From a virus, in the IMG/VR virus record IMGVR_UViG_3300048072_000006, positions 1-41,797 of that record: a stretch of DNA of 41,797 nt; one strand, written 5' to 3'. The notes below the pieces were generated by a model. The model was not told the DNA's origin, did no database searches, and was given only the letters and a program-made list of their open reading frames with translations. Positions 17,529 to 26,079 of the stretch are shown in pieces. Position numbers and translations under genes: made by a program. How positions within the stretch are numbered: the stretch's first letter is position 1; every line of letters starts with the position of its first letter.

Positions 17529-19908
17529 CGTCTTTCCTTTCGTTCATTGCGGCTTGTTCGGCGAGCGACTGCTGACGATCAGCGCGATCATCGCCCCGTT
17601 CCGCGCGCTCATGATCCTTGGCGCGGAATTCCATGTCTGCCTGCACGCTCTGCGCATTCATGGCCTGATCGGACTGGCGCATTTCAACGTCAGCCACGCT
17701 CTTGAATTCGTCGATGGCCTGCCTTTGGTTCGCGAGGCCGATGTTGTTAAGTATCTCAAGCGTCTGGGCGCGGACCTTGTCGATTTCAGCCTCAAGCTTG
17801 GTCTGCGCCTGCTGTGCCTTTGTGCCCATGTCTGCCATCTGGAGTTGCAGCCTGTCGCGCTCCTGGGCCGCCTTCTGCTGGTCCGCCTGAGCCTTCATCT
17901 GCATCTCTGCCATCTTGCGCTGCATCTCGGCCTGTTTCGCGGCGGCATCGGCCTGCACCTTCATGTTGGCAGCCTTGGCCTTTTCCATCTCGGCCGCAGC
18001 CAGCGCCTTCTGTGCCTCGGCCAACCCTTCATCGCCTTCAACAGCGCCGGGCGCGCTCATATCGGGCAATGCCTTGACCAACTTGTCGATTGCCCCCTCA
18101 AGCGCGCGGCCGGCGCGATACGGGGCCACGGAGAACTTCATCACAGAACCGACGAATTCAGCCATTTCGCCATTGCCTGCGGCCAACGGAGCCGCCTGTT
18201 GCAGCAGGCCGCCGATCATCGTCACGAACTCGGCGCGACTGGATTTTTCCTGCATCTCATCGGTAAGGATCGTGCTGTCGCTTTCAATGTTGAACGTGAA
18301 GGACCGCACCCGATCATCACGCAGAAGCTCGACCACGGATTCAATCGCGACCTTGCCCTCTGCCTCCTGAAGCATAGGCGCGTACTTCTCGATGATCTGC
18401 CGCTGAGCCATCTGGTATTGCTGCTCAAGCTGCTGGGGGTCGGCCTCGGGCTGATGCTTGGCCTGTTCGACCTTGTCGGCCAGACCCTTCATTTCCTCGC
18501 CAGCGGCCTTCTCGATGTCCTTGATGCGCTTTTCGACTTCCTTGCGCGTCATCAGCTTCATGCCGGACATGTCGAGCAGGCTCTTCTGTGTGAACTTCTC
18601 GGCAATGATCTCACTGGCGACCTTCACTGCATCGGCGGCAATGCGCTGCAATTCGTCTATTTTCTCACGAACGCGAACCGATCCATACTGCGACTTGAGC
18701 TGTTGCGCCCCAAGCGTCTCTTCCGCATCGGTCGCCCCCCGCATGATATCGCTGATGCCGGACAGTTCATAGAAGTTATTGATCAACTCTTGTCGCGCCC
18801 CGATGAGGCCCGTGATTGCCTCTGCGATGGCTTGGAGCGGCATCCACTGTACGAAATCCCCAGCGCCCTGCTGCAACAGCGCGCCGGGCACGCCAATGAC
18901 CGTAGCATCGCTTGTGTCTGCCAGCGCTGCGCGGATCGAATCCGCCATATCCGCGCCACCCGGCACAAGCCCCTTCATCTTCACCCACTCAAGCAGGGAG
19001 TAGATGCGGCCCGTTAGTTCGCTGATCTTCTTGAAGTGCTCGACATAGCGCTCATAATCCGGAACAGGGGTAAGGCTGCGCAGTTTCGTCGTGCCATAAG
19101 CCGGGCGCGGGCATGGGAAGAAGTCACGCAACTTGAGGTGCGGCTCGCTCTCGTCGAGAATGTCCTGAGCGCCATCGGTAACCCAGTAGACCTTGTTGTC
19201 GGCGCGGTGCCAGACCTCCCACACGCCGCATTTCTGCGGGGCGCTGGTGTTCGATCCCGCATCCGTTGCGACATCGTTGGCACGGTGGACAGTGCTGTAA
19301 TTGGCCTTCTCAGCGACTTCTTCACTGAATCGCTTGGTCATTTCCTTCTTCGATAGCCATGAGCGCTTGGCAACCCATCCGACACGATCCCAATAACGGG
19401 CGCATTCATGGCGGAAGTCGTCACGGTCCACATGCTCGATGCACACACGCTGTCCGTCATCGCTTTCATAGGTGAGCCACATGGCTCCGCGTCCAAAGAA
19501 CAGCAGGTCGTCGCGGACCAACTTCATCACCAAGTCGATGTTGTTCTGGTCGAGCGTCGTGATCGCCACACGCTCCAGAAGCTCGGCGGCCGTATCGATG
19601 ACCGGGTCGCCATCGGAGAACTTGGCAGCAACAGCGGGGACGGGAGCCTTGGCGTAGACTGCCGGCTTCATCACCTCATAGGAAGACCAGAACAGGTCGA
19701 GCCGCCCGCCGCCGTCGGCATAGTCTTCGCCATAGAACAGGCCTGGGGCCGCTGATGTGGCCGAGTGATCGCCATAGACCATTTCGATGACGCGGCACTG
19801 GTCACGCCATGCACGCAGGCCATCGTCATTGTGCGCCTTCTCAAGCGCAGACAGGATCGGCCCGGCTGACTTGCCCGCTGCGATCGTGGTGGTTTCTTCG
19901 TCCATCAT
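17521..19908 (-). CDS. Portal protein with long C-terminal coiled-coil extension, 795 aa
   Basis: Large ORF immediately downstream of terL (ATGA overlap at 19908). The C-terminal roughly 250 aa are Ala/Gln/Glu/Lys coiled coil. The assignment is positional and size-based. Confidence 0.8.
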   Translation of the reverse strand: MMDEETTTIAAGKSAGPILSALEKAHNDDGLRAWRDQCRVIEMVYGDHSATSAAPGLFYGEDYADGGGRLDLFWSSYEVMKPAVYAKAPVPAVAAKFSDGDPVIDTAAELLERVAITTLDQNNIDLVMKLVRDDLLFFGRGAMWLTYESDDGQRVCIEHVDRDDFRHECARYWDRVGWVAKRSWLSKKEMTKRFSEEVAEKANYSTVHRANDVATDAGSNTSAPQKCGVWEVWHRADNKVYWVTDGAQDILDESEPHLKLRDFFPCPRPAYGTTKLRSLTPVPDYERYVEHFKKISELTGRIYSLLEWVKMKGLVPGGADMADSIRAALADTSDATVIGVPGALLQQGAGDFVQWMPLQAIAEAITGLIGARQELINNFYELSGISDIMRGATDAEETLGAQQLKSQYGSVRVREKIDELQRIAADAVKVASEIIAEKFTQKSLLDMSGMKLMTRKEVEKRIKDIEKAAGEEMKGLADKVEQAKHQPEADPQQLEQQYQMAQRQIIEKYAPMLQEAEGKVAIESVVELLRDDRVRSFTFNIESDSTILTDEMQEKSSRAEFVTMIGGLLQQAAPLAAGNGEMAEFVGSVMKFSVAPYRAGRALEGAIDKLVKALPDMSAPGAVEGDEGLAEAQKALAAAEMEKAKAANMKVQADAAAKQAEMQRKMAEMQMKAQADQQKAAQERDRLQLQMADMGTKAQQAQTKLEAEIDKVRAQTLEILNNIGLANQRQAIDEFKSVADVEMRQSDQAMNAQSVQADMEFRAKDHERAERGDDRADRQQSLAEQAAMNERKDDA

Positions 19909-21299
19909 CAGCGGCCTCGGTATTGGATCTGGGGGGCGACCATGATGCCGCCGCTCAAAGTGGATGGATGGGGTGGGGGCGCCGCCTTCTGAGCAGGCAA
20001 GGACTGATCAAGCCGCCATGCCGTAGCGAGATATCGGAACGCGTCCGCAAGGTGACTGGTCCAGTCGTGGACTTCGCTCGCCTTGAAGGTCTTGCGGTCG
20101 TCATCCCATTCGCGCCGATACATTTCGAGCGCAGGAATGCCTGCATCGTCACAGCGACTGTGGAACACGCAGCGAAGCAGGGTGCGCCGGACAGCATTAA
20201 TGCCATCAAGCTTGTTGGCCATCGGCACGACTTCAGGATCAAGTCCAAGAGCCTGCATCGTTTCAACGCGTGTGCGCCCCGTGCCCCACTCCTTCACACG
20301 AGCGTCATGCGGAACGTAATCCTTGCCCGACTTCCACCCGTACTGTTGCTCGCGCTTGTGGATGATCTCAGCGTAATGATCGACGCCAGCGCCTGAAGAT
20401 GTGTAGCAATCGAGAATGTAGAGCTGAGCGCCGACAGCCTGGAACCACCAGATTGACGTGTCATCGCGAACGCCGATGTCCCATGCCCTATGAACAGGGC
20501 GCCACGGAACAGGCTCAAGGTCTGACACGATGCGGCCCTCAGCTCGGACCTTTGCCATCTCACGGGCGTAGAATGCGCCCAGGATCGCAGCATTGAACGA
20601 GCATAGATATTCCTGATCGAACTGCGCCCTGCCTATGTCCTCGCCGTATAGCGCGATATACTCAGCGAGAGATTCCTCGATCTGCGCCGCGCTTAGCGCG
20701 CCAGTGTCGTGAATAGAGGACAGTTCAGCGAACCAGCGCCCGCCGTTATCCATATCGGCCTTAGCCATGTCGTAGAGAGACTTGGCGTGGTTGCGTCCGC
20801 GAGGCGTGGTGATGAACGTTGCCCAGCCTTCGTTCTCTTCCAGCATCGGACGAATGTAGCCCCATGCACTCGGGTTGGCCAAAGCGAACTCCGAGAACGT
20901 GACGCCAGCGATGCCAGCGCCGACAAGGCCATCATAACGATCCGAGCCGACAAGCTGCCACGTTGACCCCACCTTGAACCTGATGAACATTTCCTGCTCA
21001 TTGGTGCTGGCCCGAATGTCGTGAGGGAATGCTTCGTCTATCCGCCGCTTGCCCGTGTGTGGATTGACCGCTGACCAGAGCGCCTTACGGGCCTGTGCAT
21101 ATTCAGGGAGGCAGTGCCAGTAGCTCGCCACGCGCTCATGGGCCGCAATGGCTGTGCGGTGCAGGACAAGGTCATCCTTGCCCCACCGGCGATGCGCGAT
21201 CTCGATTGCCCGCTTGCCCCCCTTCTCCAGATATTTCCAGAGCGGGGCCTGATATGGCCGTGGGCGCCATCCTCCGTTTGGCAGTTCAATCGTCGGCAT
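19908..21299 (-). CDS. terL: Terminase large subunit, 463 aa
   Basis: ATPase-like 'AHRRWGKDD' and 'GVTFSEF'. Nuclease-half motifs 'RAWDIGVRDDTSIWWFQ' and 'HDWTSHLADAFRYLATAW'. The start was re-picked at ATG 21299 ('MPTIELPNGGW'), overlapping the upstream gene end by 14 nt. Confidence 0.9.
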   Translation of the reverse strand: MPTIELPNGGWRPRPYQAPLWKYLEKGGKRAIEIAHRRWGKDDLVLHRTAIAAHERVASYWHCLPEYAQARKALWSAVNPHTGKRRIDEAFPHDIRASTNEQEMFIRFKVGSTWQLVGSDRYDGLVGAGIAGVTFSEFALANPSAWGYIRPMLEENEGWATFITTPRGRNHAKSLYDMAKADMDNGGRWFAELSSIHDTGALSAAQIEESLAEYIALYGEDIGRAQFDQEYLCSFNAAILGAFYAREMAKVRAEGRIVSDLEPVPWRPVHRAWDIGVRDDTSIWWFQAVGAQLYILDCYTSSGAGVDHYAEIIHKREQQYGWKSGKDYVPHDARVKEWGTGRTRVETMQALGLDPEVVPMANKLDGINAVRRTLLRCVFHSRCDDAGIPALEMYRREWDDDRKTFKASEVHDWTSHLADAFRYLATAWRLDQSLPAQKAAPPPHPSTLSGGIMVAPQIQYRGR

Positions 21300-21606
21300 C
21301 AGACAGCCGCTTGATGACGATCTGTAGCGGCCCGCCGTCGTCGCCAGCGAGTTGCAGCGGAAGAACCTTTCCGAGCAGCGGGAGGAATGATTGCGGATTT
21401 TCTGTTGCCTGCTTTGCGAGATAGCCGACCAAACCCTCTTTGCCGCCTGCCTGTGTCGCGGCAGCGAGGATCGCATCTTTCAGGAGCGTGGTGTTTTTGT
21501 TTGGCACGCCTTTGGGGCGACCGGGGCCTGGCGTCCCATCGCCAACACGACGTTTCCCAGTCGTTTTTCTTTCGGGAGCGGCCTGCCCTTCCATGGGGCA
21601 GACCAT
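21286..21606 (-). CDS. Small-terminase candidate (DUF5681-like basic N-terminus), 106 aa
   Basis: Directly upstream of terL and overlapping it. 'GRPKGVPNKNT' resembles DUF5681-type proteins commonly found in this position. Confidence 0.55.
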   Translation of the reverse strand: MVCPMEGQAAPERKTTGKRRVGDGTPGPGRPKGVPNKNTTLLKDAILAAATQAGGKEGLVGYLAKQATENPQSFLPLLGKVLPLQLAGDDGGPLQIVIKRLSDADD

Positions 21607-21620
21607 TTACAGCATAGGAA

Positions 21621-21797
21621 TCAGCTTGGGACGGGGGCAAAAATCGCCGTGTCAATATTTTCTTTGCGCAGCATCCGCCTGACGTAAGATCGCTCTGCTC
21701 CAGTCACTCGGCATATCTGGCGGACAGGGCAAGGGCCGTGCTTGCGCCAGTAGTTCAATATCCTTGCGCGTGTCACCGCCGGCCTGCCCCGTGCCAT
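21621..21797 (-). CDS. Small HTH-like protein, 58 aa (below the ORF-track size cut-off)
   Basis: Hand translation: 'MARGRPAVTRARILNYWRKHGPCPVRQICRVTGAERSYVRRMLRKENIDTAIFAPVPS'. AAGGGGTAGG lies before the ATG. GC3 is about 65%. Confidence 0.45.
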   Translation of the reverse strand: MARGRPAVTRARILNYWRKHGPCPVRQICRVTGAERSYVRRMLRKENIDTAIFAPVPS

Positions 21798-21846
21798 ATC
21801 CTACCCCTTGGTTTGTTGATGATCGCCGCGTTCGATGGCGGCTGAA

Positions 21847-22086
21847 TCAGGCACCCAGCGGCCATTGCCCATCGGATGCCTGATCGACTTTAGCAATCGC
21901 CTCATCCGCCGCCGCGATGCGCTCGGCAACCTCAGCCCGCCGTATGGCATCGGCGAGTTGAGCCTGAAGATCGCCGACAATGCGCAGGCGGTCCTTGAAG
22001 CCGGTGAGGTCTGACATCGCGGACCTTTGCCCGCATAAAGGACATGCTCGATCCCCCTCTCGCTCTTGCTGGGGTGTTGTGGTCAT
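21847..22086 (-). CDS. Hypothetical protein, 79 aa
   Basis: ATG 22086 forms an ATGA overlap with the upstream ORF. 'MTTTPQQEREGDRACPLCGQ...' is followed by a helical C-terminus. Confidence 0.55.
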   Translation of the reverse strand: MTTTPQQEREGDRACPLCGQRSAMSDLTGFKDRLRIVGDLQAQLADAIRRAEVAERIAAADEAIAKVDQASDGQWPLGA

Positions 22087-22277
22087 GGCTGCATCCCCAT
22101 GGCTGACATAGGCCGGCGAGGGCACAGTGGTCCGCGACAGGTTTTCTCGGCGCCGGGCGGGCAGATGCAGCCATGCGTGATCGGTGAAGCGTGTCCGCGC
22201 TGGAGCTTGCAACCGCGCAGTCGGCAATCAGGGTCCGTGCATCCACACGCAACCGGGCGCGGATAGAACTCGCTCAT
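22083..22277 (-). CDS. Cys-rich small protein, 64 aa
   Basis: A strong AAGGAG lies 8 nt upstream of ATG 22277. The protein has nine Cys residues ('CGCTDPDCRLRGC...HGCICPP...CRGPLC'). Confidence 0.55.
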   Translation of the reverse strand: MSEFYPRPVACGCTDPDCRLRGCKLQRGHASPITHGCICPPGAEKTCRGPLCPRRPMSAMGMQP

Positions 22278-22323
22278 GCCAGCTTCTCCTTACTCACCAT
22301 CCCAGCGTTTCGTTCTGTGGGGT

Positions 22324-22950
22324 TCATGGTTGGTCTCCCTCGGTCATGGCTTCCACGACGAGCGGCGGGCGCAGCGCGTATCCTTCCTTAGTCCGCCGCA
22401 GGTATCCGCGCGTCTCGCCAATCGACTGCCAGCGTGGGGGAAGTGCATCGATCTCGGATTGCGTGATCGTGCCGTCGCGCATCGCCTGCATGGCTTCCTC
22501 CATGCGTTGCTGCTTTTCACGACCGATTGCGGCGAGGGCATTGGCCTGGTTACGCACCGCCTCGTCGTCGCGCTCCCACTCGGCCCCGATGCTCATGCAC
22601 TCGGCAATCGTGGGGAACCACTTGCATCGCTCAAGGGCCTGATCGGCGATAAAGTTGATCTGGTCTTTCGGCATGTGGCCGAGCTTGCGCTTGTAGGCGG
22701 CGACGAACAGTTCGCCGGACAGGTCATCCGAACCTTGGCGGGGCAGGGCAGCGCTCATGACCCGCAGGCATTGCGTGAAATGACGATCATCGCAGGGCGG
22801 CAAGGCGGGCAACGGGGCTACCGCCACCTTCTCCAGTTCCGCCAGTTGAGTATCCGTCAGGCGGATCGTAGCCAAGGCTCCTGTCGAGCGCTCTGGCAAC
22901 ACCGTCACGTTTGTCGCGATGGCCTCCGAAATTCTGATTGCCTCTGCCAT
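22324..22950 (-). CDS. Hypothetical replication-module protein, 208 aa (start uncertain)
   Basis: In 22801-22860 this frame has GC3 near 80%, against about 40% for the overlapping tail of the DUF1376 ORF. ATG 22950 ('MAEAIRISEA') is preferred; an alternative ATG lies at 22758. Confidence 0.55.
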   Translation of the reverse strand: MAEAIRISEAIATNVTVLPERSTGALATIRLTDTQLAELEKVAVAPLPALPPCDDRHFTQCLRVMSAALPRQGSDDLSGELFVAAYKRKLGHMPKDQINFIADQALERCKWFPTIAECMSIGAEWERDDEAVRNQANALAAIGREKQQRMEEAMQAMRDGTITQSEIDALPPRWQSIGETRGYLRRTKEGYALRPPLVVEAMTEGDQP

Positions 22951-23623
22951 TGTTTCCAGTCCTTGGATCGTAGATTCCTGCCCAACCATTCTCGACGCAC
23001 GCTCGGAACACTGTGCCGGGTGGCCATCCTGTCTCTCGAGACCAGTGGGCGACATCGCGCAGCAGCTTGGCGTGAGCAGACCCGCTGTTGTTCAAATGTT
23101 TCTTCTTCCGGTTCCCGAGGAAGTCCGACCAGTCGTCAGGGTCAGCAAAATCAGGCCGAGGAAATTTTTCAACGCGCGCGCTCTGTGTCGAAGAAGCTTT
23201 AGCTTCTGAGACTACTTCTGGAGGTGGAGGTGGAGGGGCATTGCGTTCGCTTGTGCGTTCGCATTCATCCGTTTGTTTGTTTTCAGCAACTTGGCCGTTC
23301 CAACGCGCATCAGCAGCAGATTTATTCTTGGCCCTTTTTTCATCGACAAATGCGCGCTCTTTGCTCAAGCGCTTCTGCGCCCACCCTTTCTCAGTGAGCG
23401 TCCAGAAGGCCATCACCGTGCTTTTAAGCTTCGCCCAACGGCCAGCGGTAATGCCCAGCATTCGCGCAAGGCGCGTGTCATCGTCGGGCAGAACGCAGTC
23501 GCTCGAGCGCCAGGCGATCATCATCAATTGCAGATACGCGCCATGCTCCTCGAGCGAGAGGTGCCGAGTGTCTGCTAGATAAGCATCGCCGAACAGCGGC
23601 ATTGAGGGTGCGTTGCTGCTCAT
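22787..23623 (-). CDS. DUF1376-family phage replication-associated protein, 278 aa
   Basis: 'MPLFGDAYLADTRHLSLEEHGAYLQLMMIAWRS...LPDDDTRLARMLG' fits the DUF1376 pattern. ATG 23623 makes an ATGA overlap with the upstream gene. Confidence 0.7.
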   Translation of the reverse strand: MSSNAPSMPLFGDAYLADTRHLSLEEHGAYLQLMMIAWRSSDCVLPDDDTRLARMLGITAGRWAKLKSTVMAFWTLTEKGWAQKRLSKERAFVDEKRAKNKSAADARWNGQVAENKQTDECERTSERNAPPPPPPEVVSEAKASSTQSARVEKFPRPDFADPDDWSDFLGNRKKKHLNNSGSAHAKLLRDVAHWSRETGWPPGTVFRACVENGWAGIYDPRTGNNGRGNQNFGGHRDKRDGVARALDRSLGYDPPDGYSTGGTGEGGGSPVARLAALR

Positions 23624-24309
23624 CAGTTGTTTTCGGAGTTCACCACCAGAGTATCGATAATCTCGTCGGCGCACTGTTCGGCGTCTGCGTAAATCTCCGA
23701 GCCAGTGAAGCGTAAAACGGTAATCCCGCGCCGCGCGAAATAGCGGTCACGCTGCTTATCGCGCTTAGCCTGTTCTTTGGTCTTTTCGTGGTACTGGTGG
23801 CCGTCGCATTCGACTGCGATCCAGCGTGCTGGCTTTGTGCTGCGCGACTGATCGTATACCATGATATCTACGCGGTATGGCCCAACATCTACTTGGGTGA
23901 AAACCAGTGCGCTCTTCTCATCCTCCATCATGGGGTATGGCGCGAAGTTTTCGAAATCGATCACGCGAGCAGAAAAATCTATCTCCTCAATGGCAGTCTC
24001 GGCTTGGGACATTAGAGCCAACATCAAGTGGCGCTCAATTGGGCTTTCGCATCGGCGGGCCATTAAATCGAAGCCCTCGATCCAGCGGATCGCGACGGTC
24101 TGAGCGAACTCCTCGCTCATGCGCTCTGTTCTGGCGCTAAGGTCTTCCCCCTTGCTACCCGTTACCAGTTTCATGGTTGGCACTCCCTTTCCCAGATACC
24201 TTGAACGATGGACCGACACGCGCGGGCCAGTCTTGCCGATGCACTTCGCGCCGGGCTCAACCCCGCAATCAGGGCAATGACGTTTGAACGCTGCGGCTCT
24301 CTTGCTCAT
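23623..24309 (-). CDS. DUF559/Vsr-like PD-(D/E)XK endonuclease-fold protein with N-terminal zinc-finger-like segment, 228 aa
   Basis: 'ESPIERHLMLAL...VGPYRVDIMV...IAVECDGHQYHEKTKEQAKRDKQRDRYFARRGITVLRFTGSEI' is the DUF559 pattern. The N-terminus has 'CPDCGVEPGAKC'. The region is visibly more A/T-rich than its neighbours. Confidence 0.7.
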   Translation of the reverse strand: MSKRAAAFKRHCPDCGVEPGAKCIGKTGPRVSVHRSRYLGKGVPTMKLVTGSKGEDLSARTERMSEEFAQTVAIRWIEGFDLMARRCESPIERHLMLALMSQAETAIEEIDFSARVIDFENFAPYPMMEDEKSALVFTQVDVGPYRVDIMVYDQSRSTKPARWIAVECDGHQYHEKTKEQAKRDKQRDRYFARRGITVLRFTGSEIYADAEQCADEIIDTLVVNSENN

Positions 24310-24593
24310 CCCTGCCGTGCCCTTTCATAAGCAGCGCGGTATTCAGGGTTTTCCCGAATGAGCTTTTCGGCCTTCTGGATGCCAGACATGATCGTGGTGT
24401 GGTGGCGCTCGCCCATGATGCGCCCGATGCGTGCGTAGGAGTAGCCCAGCTTGTCTCTGATCAGCTTGTAGGCCCCGTGACGGACGCAGCTCAGGCCATA
24501 GTCGGACCAGCCAGCCGCATGCCTCTTCAGGCCATCCACAGGGACGCCGAAAGCATTTGCAAGGTCGATCAGGATGCGATCTGACGGCTCTAC
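24306..24593 (-). CDS. DnaA-domain-IV-like HTH protein; 5' end unresolved (no ATG/GTG/TTG near the domain start)
   Basis: 'ILIDLANAFGVPVDGLK...CVRHGAYKLIRDKLGYSYARIGRIMGERHHTTIMSGIQKAEKLI' resembles Bac_DnaA_C. GC3 in this frame is high only downstream of the DUF1064 stop at 24590. The first canonical start is GTG 24539, inside the domain. Confidence 0.55.
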   Translation of the reverse strand, partial: VEPSDRILIDLANAFGVPVDGLKRHAAGWSDYGLSCVRHGAYKLIRDKLGYSYARIGRIMGERHHTTIMSGIQKAEKLIRENPEYRAAYERARQG

Positions 24594-24970
24594 CGGATTT
24601 CGCGCAATTCGATCGATCGATGCAGGTGTTTGAATATCGCTTTGCGCAATGGCCAGTCCCGGCTGTCCGCCAGCCGGCTCTTCGGCTTCACGTCCTCCGC
24701 GATCATTGAGCCATCCGCCGTCCTGTAGGAGAAATCCAGAGTCACCCCGGCGCGTTGGCCGTTGAGCATCTTCACTGTTTCCCCGGCTATCACGAACGGG
24801 TAGAATGGCTGGCGCTCCAGATGTGTAATCTCCCCCGCGCGTTCCAGCAGGGAAAGTTCCATGCATCGGCGCTGCTCCTTGGCGCTGTCGTGGATCAGGC
24901 CGCATACGCACGGTGTCCTTCTGGCTACGCTGTGCTTCGACGGGCCAGTTGCCTGCCAACCTTTCCTCAT
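24590..24970 (-). CDS. DUF1064-family phage protein, 126 aa
   Basis: 'HDSAKEQRRCMELSLLERAGEITHLERQPFYPF...DFSYRTADGSMIAEDVKPKS' fits the DUF1064 pattern. GGAGGG lies 3 nt before ATG 24970. Confidence 0.65.
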   Translation of the reverse strand: MRKGWQATGPSKHSVARRTPCVCGLIHDSAKEQRRCMELSLLERAGEITHLERQPFYPFVIAGETVKMLNGQRAGVTLDFSYRTADGSMIAEDVKPKSRLADSRDWPLRKAIFKHLHRSIELREIR

Positions 24971-25105
24971 TGTCCCTCCATGTCGCTTCAAGGATGCCGG
25001 CGAGGGGCTTGCGACCCAACTTCGCGTGATAGGCAGACATGCGCGCGAGCAGGGAATTGCAGCCCCTTGCCTGCGGTGTCGTCCAGCTTTCTCGACTTGA
25101 GCGCG

Positions 25106-25360
25106 TCACAGGTCAAACGCCCCCTGCATCCCGAGTGCCGAAGCATAGGCCTGGAGGATAGCAGCAGCTTCAGCGCGGTCGTTAGGGTCCATCTTGCGAA
25201 GGCGCACGATCTTGCGCATGATCTTCGGATCGTAGCCGGTCGCCTTGCCCTCTCCGTAAACGTCCTTGATGTCGTCGAAGATGCCAGCCTTCTCGCTTTC
25301 GAGCCGTTCAATGCGCTCAATGAGGAGCCTTAATTGGTCGGCGGCGATGATGTTGCTCAT
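25106..25360 (-). CDS. GapR/DUF2312-family nucleoid-associated DNA-binding protein homologue, 84 aa
   Basis: '[64 protein letters not shown]' aligns by eye with Caulobacter GapR ('LKSIIDRVERLEVEKAEI...[28 protein letters not shown]'). Confidence 0.8.
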   Translation of the reverse strand: MSNIIAADQLRLLIERIERLESEKAGIFDDIKDVYGEGKATGYDPKIMRKIVRLRKMDPNDRAEAAAILQAYASALGMQGAFDL

Positions 25361-25465
25361 AATTCTCTCTTCCATTCACGATCAGGCATTGAGGCACGAA
25401 GCTTTCGGGCTGTCTCAATGACCTCGCGGCGGTGTCGGGATACGAAGCGGCCGGACTCGTCGCGC

Positions 25466-25654
25466 TCAGTCGGCGTAGCGGATGGCGATGATGTCAAACG
25501 GCCAATCAGGCGCACCATCATGGATACCATTCCAGTCCTTTGCCGGGATGATCGTGGGGCCTGCGTGAGTGCCGGCGATCTTACCGTTGCGGAATCTGAC
25601 GAGGACAGGGCGCGCGCTCGTGAACGCTCGGGTGCCGGGCCAGTTTGTCCACAT
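25466..25654 (-). CDS. Hypothetical protein, 62 aa
   Basis: GGAGAGG lies about 10 nt before ATG 25654. Only the C-terminal 62 codons of track ORF 25466..26083 look protein-like; its Arg-rich N-terminal part is a shadow frame. Confidence 0.5.
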   Translation of the reverse strand: MWTNWPGTRAFTSARPVLVRFRNGKIAGTHAGPTIIPAKDWNGIHDGAPDWPFDIIAIRYAD

Positions 25655-25683
25655 GTCATGCTGCCTCTCCTGTGCGGAATAGA

Positions 25684-25866
25684 TCACCTTGACGTTGAGC
25701 GTCCTCGATGCGCTTGCAGGCAAAGCTGCGATTGTCCGGACGGCGGGGATGTGGGAGTACCCCCGCCGTCCAGCTTGGCGACCCGGTGGGAGGAGTCGTC
25801 GCCAAGAATGAAGAGCCCCGAACTCACCCGGAGAGCGGCTTGCCCTGGATGGGGGAGGGAGGGCAT
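25684..25866 (-). CDS. Possible small ORF, 60 aa
   Basis: Fills the gap and its start abuts the upstream stop. GC3 is about 68%. No recognisable motif. Confidence 0.3.
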   Translation of the reverse strand: MPSLPHPGQAALRVSSGLFILGDDSSHRVAKLDGGGTPTSPPSGQSQLCLQAHRGRSTSR

Positions 25867-26019
25867 TTATGCGGCTTCCGTGACGCTGATCACATCGCAG
25901 TTGAACTCGATGCTGTCGCCGTCGTCCCAGCCGAATTCGTCCGTGATGTCTGCCACGATGACGACGCGCAGGGGGCCGTCCTTCTTGATGCGCTTGGCCA
26001 GCCTCTTGCGGCCCTTCAT
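25867..26019 (-). CDS. Small protein, possibly AbrB/SpoVT-like, 50 aa
   Basis: The native start is probably ATG 26019 ('MKGRKRLAKRIKKDGPLRVVIVADITDEFGWDDGDSIEFN...'). The track's 15 extra N-terminal codons include 'MYIIP', which is encoded by the IS left inverted repeat. Confidence 0.45.
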   Translation of the reverse strand: MKGRKRLAKRIKKDGPLRVVIVADITDEFGWDDGDSIEFNCDVISVTEAA

Positions 26020-26041
26020 CACGTCGAGCAGGCAATAGGCG

Positions 26042-26049
26042 CTTGTGAA
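26042..26049. repeat. Target-site duplication, left copy (CTTGTGAA)
   Basis: The identical 8-mer is found at 28055..28062, immediately outside the two inverted repeats. Confidence 0.8.
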
Positions 26050-26072
26050 GGGAATTATATACATGACTCCCT
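26050..26072. repeat. IS left terminal inverted repeat
   Basis: See the mobile_element entry: 21/23 match to the right end. Confidence 0.8.
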
Positions 26073-26079
26073 TTTCCTC

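Noticed and set aside
17278-19017. 579-aa plus-strand ORF
   Set aside because: Antisense to the portal gene. It has a Leu/Arg/His-rich low-complexity translation and no coupling to neighbours, so it is a shadow ORF.
22276-23202. 308-aa plus-strand ORF
   Set aside because: Antisense to the DUF1376 gene and the 208-aa gene, with no Shine-Dalgarno motif. It is a shadow frame.
24306-25109. Full-length 267-aa ORF as a single gene
   Set aside because: Its N-terminal two-thirds overlap the DUF1064 gene in another frame, are Arg/Gly-rich and have low GC3. Only the part downstream of 24593 looks coding.
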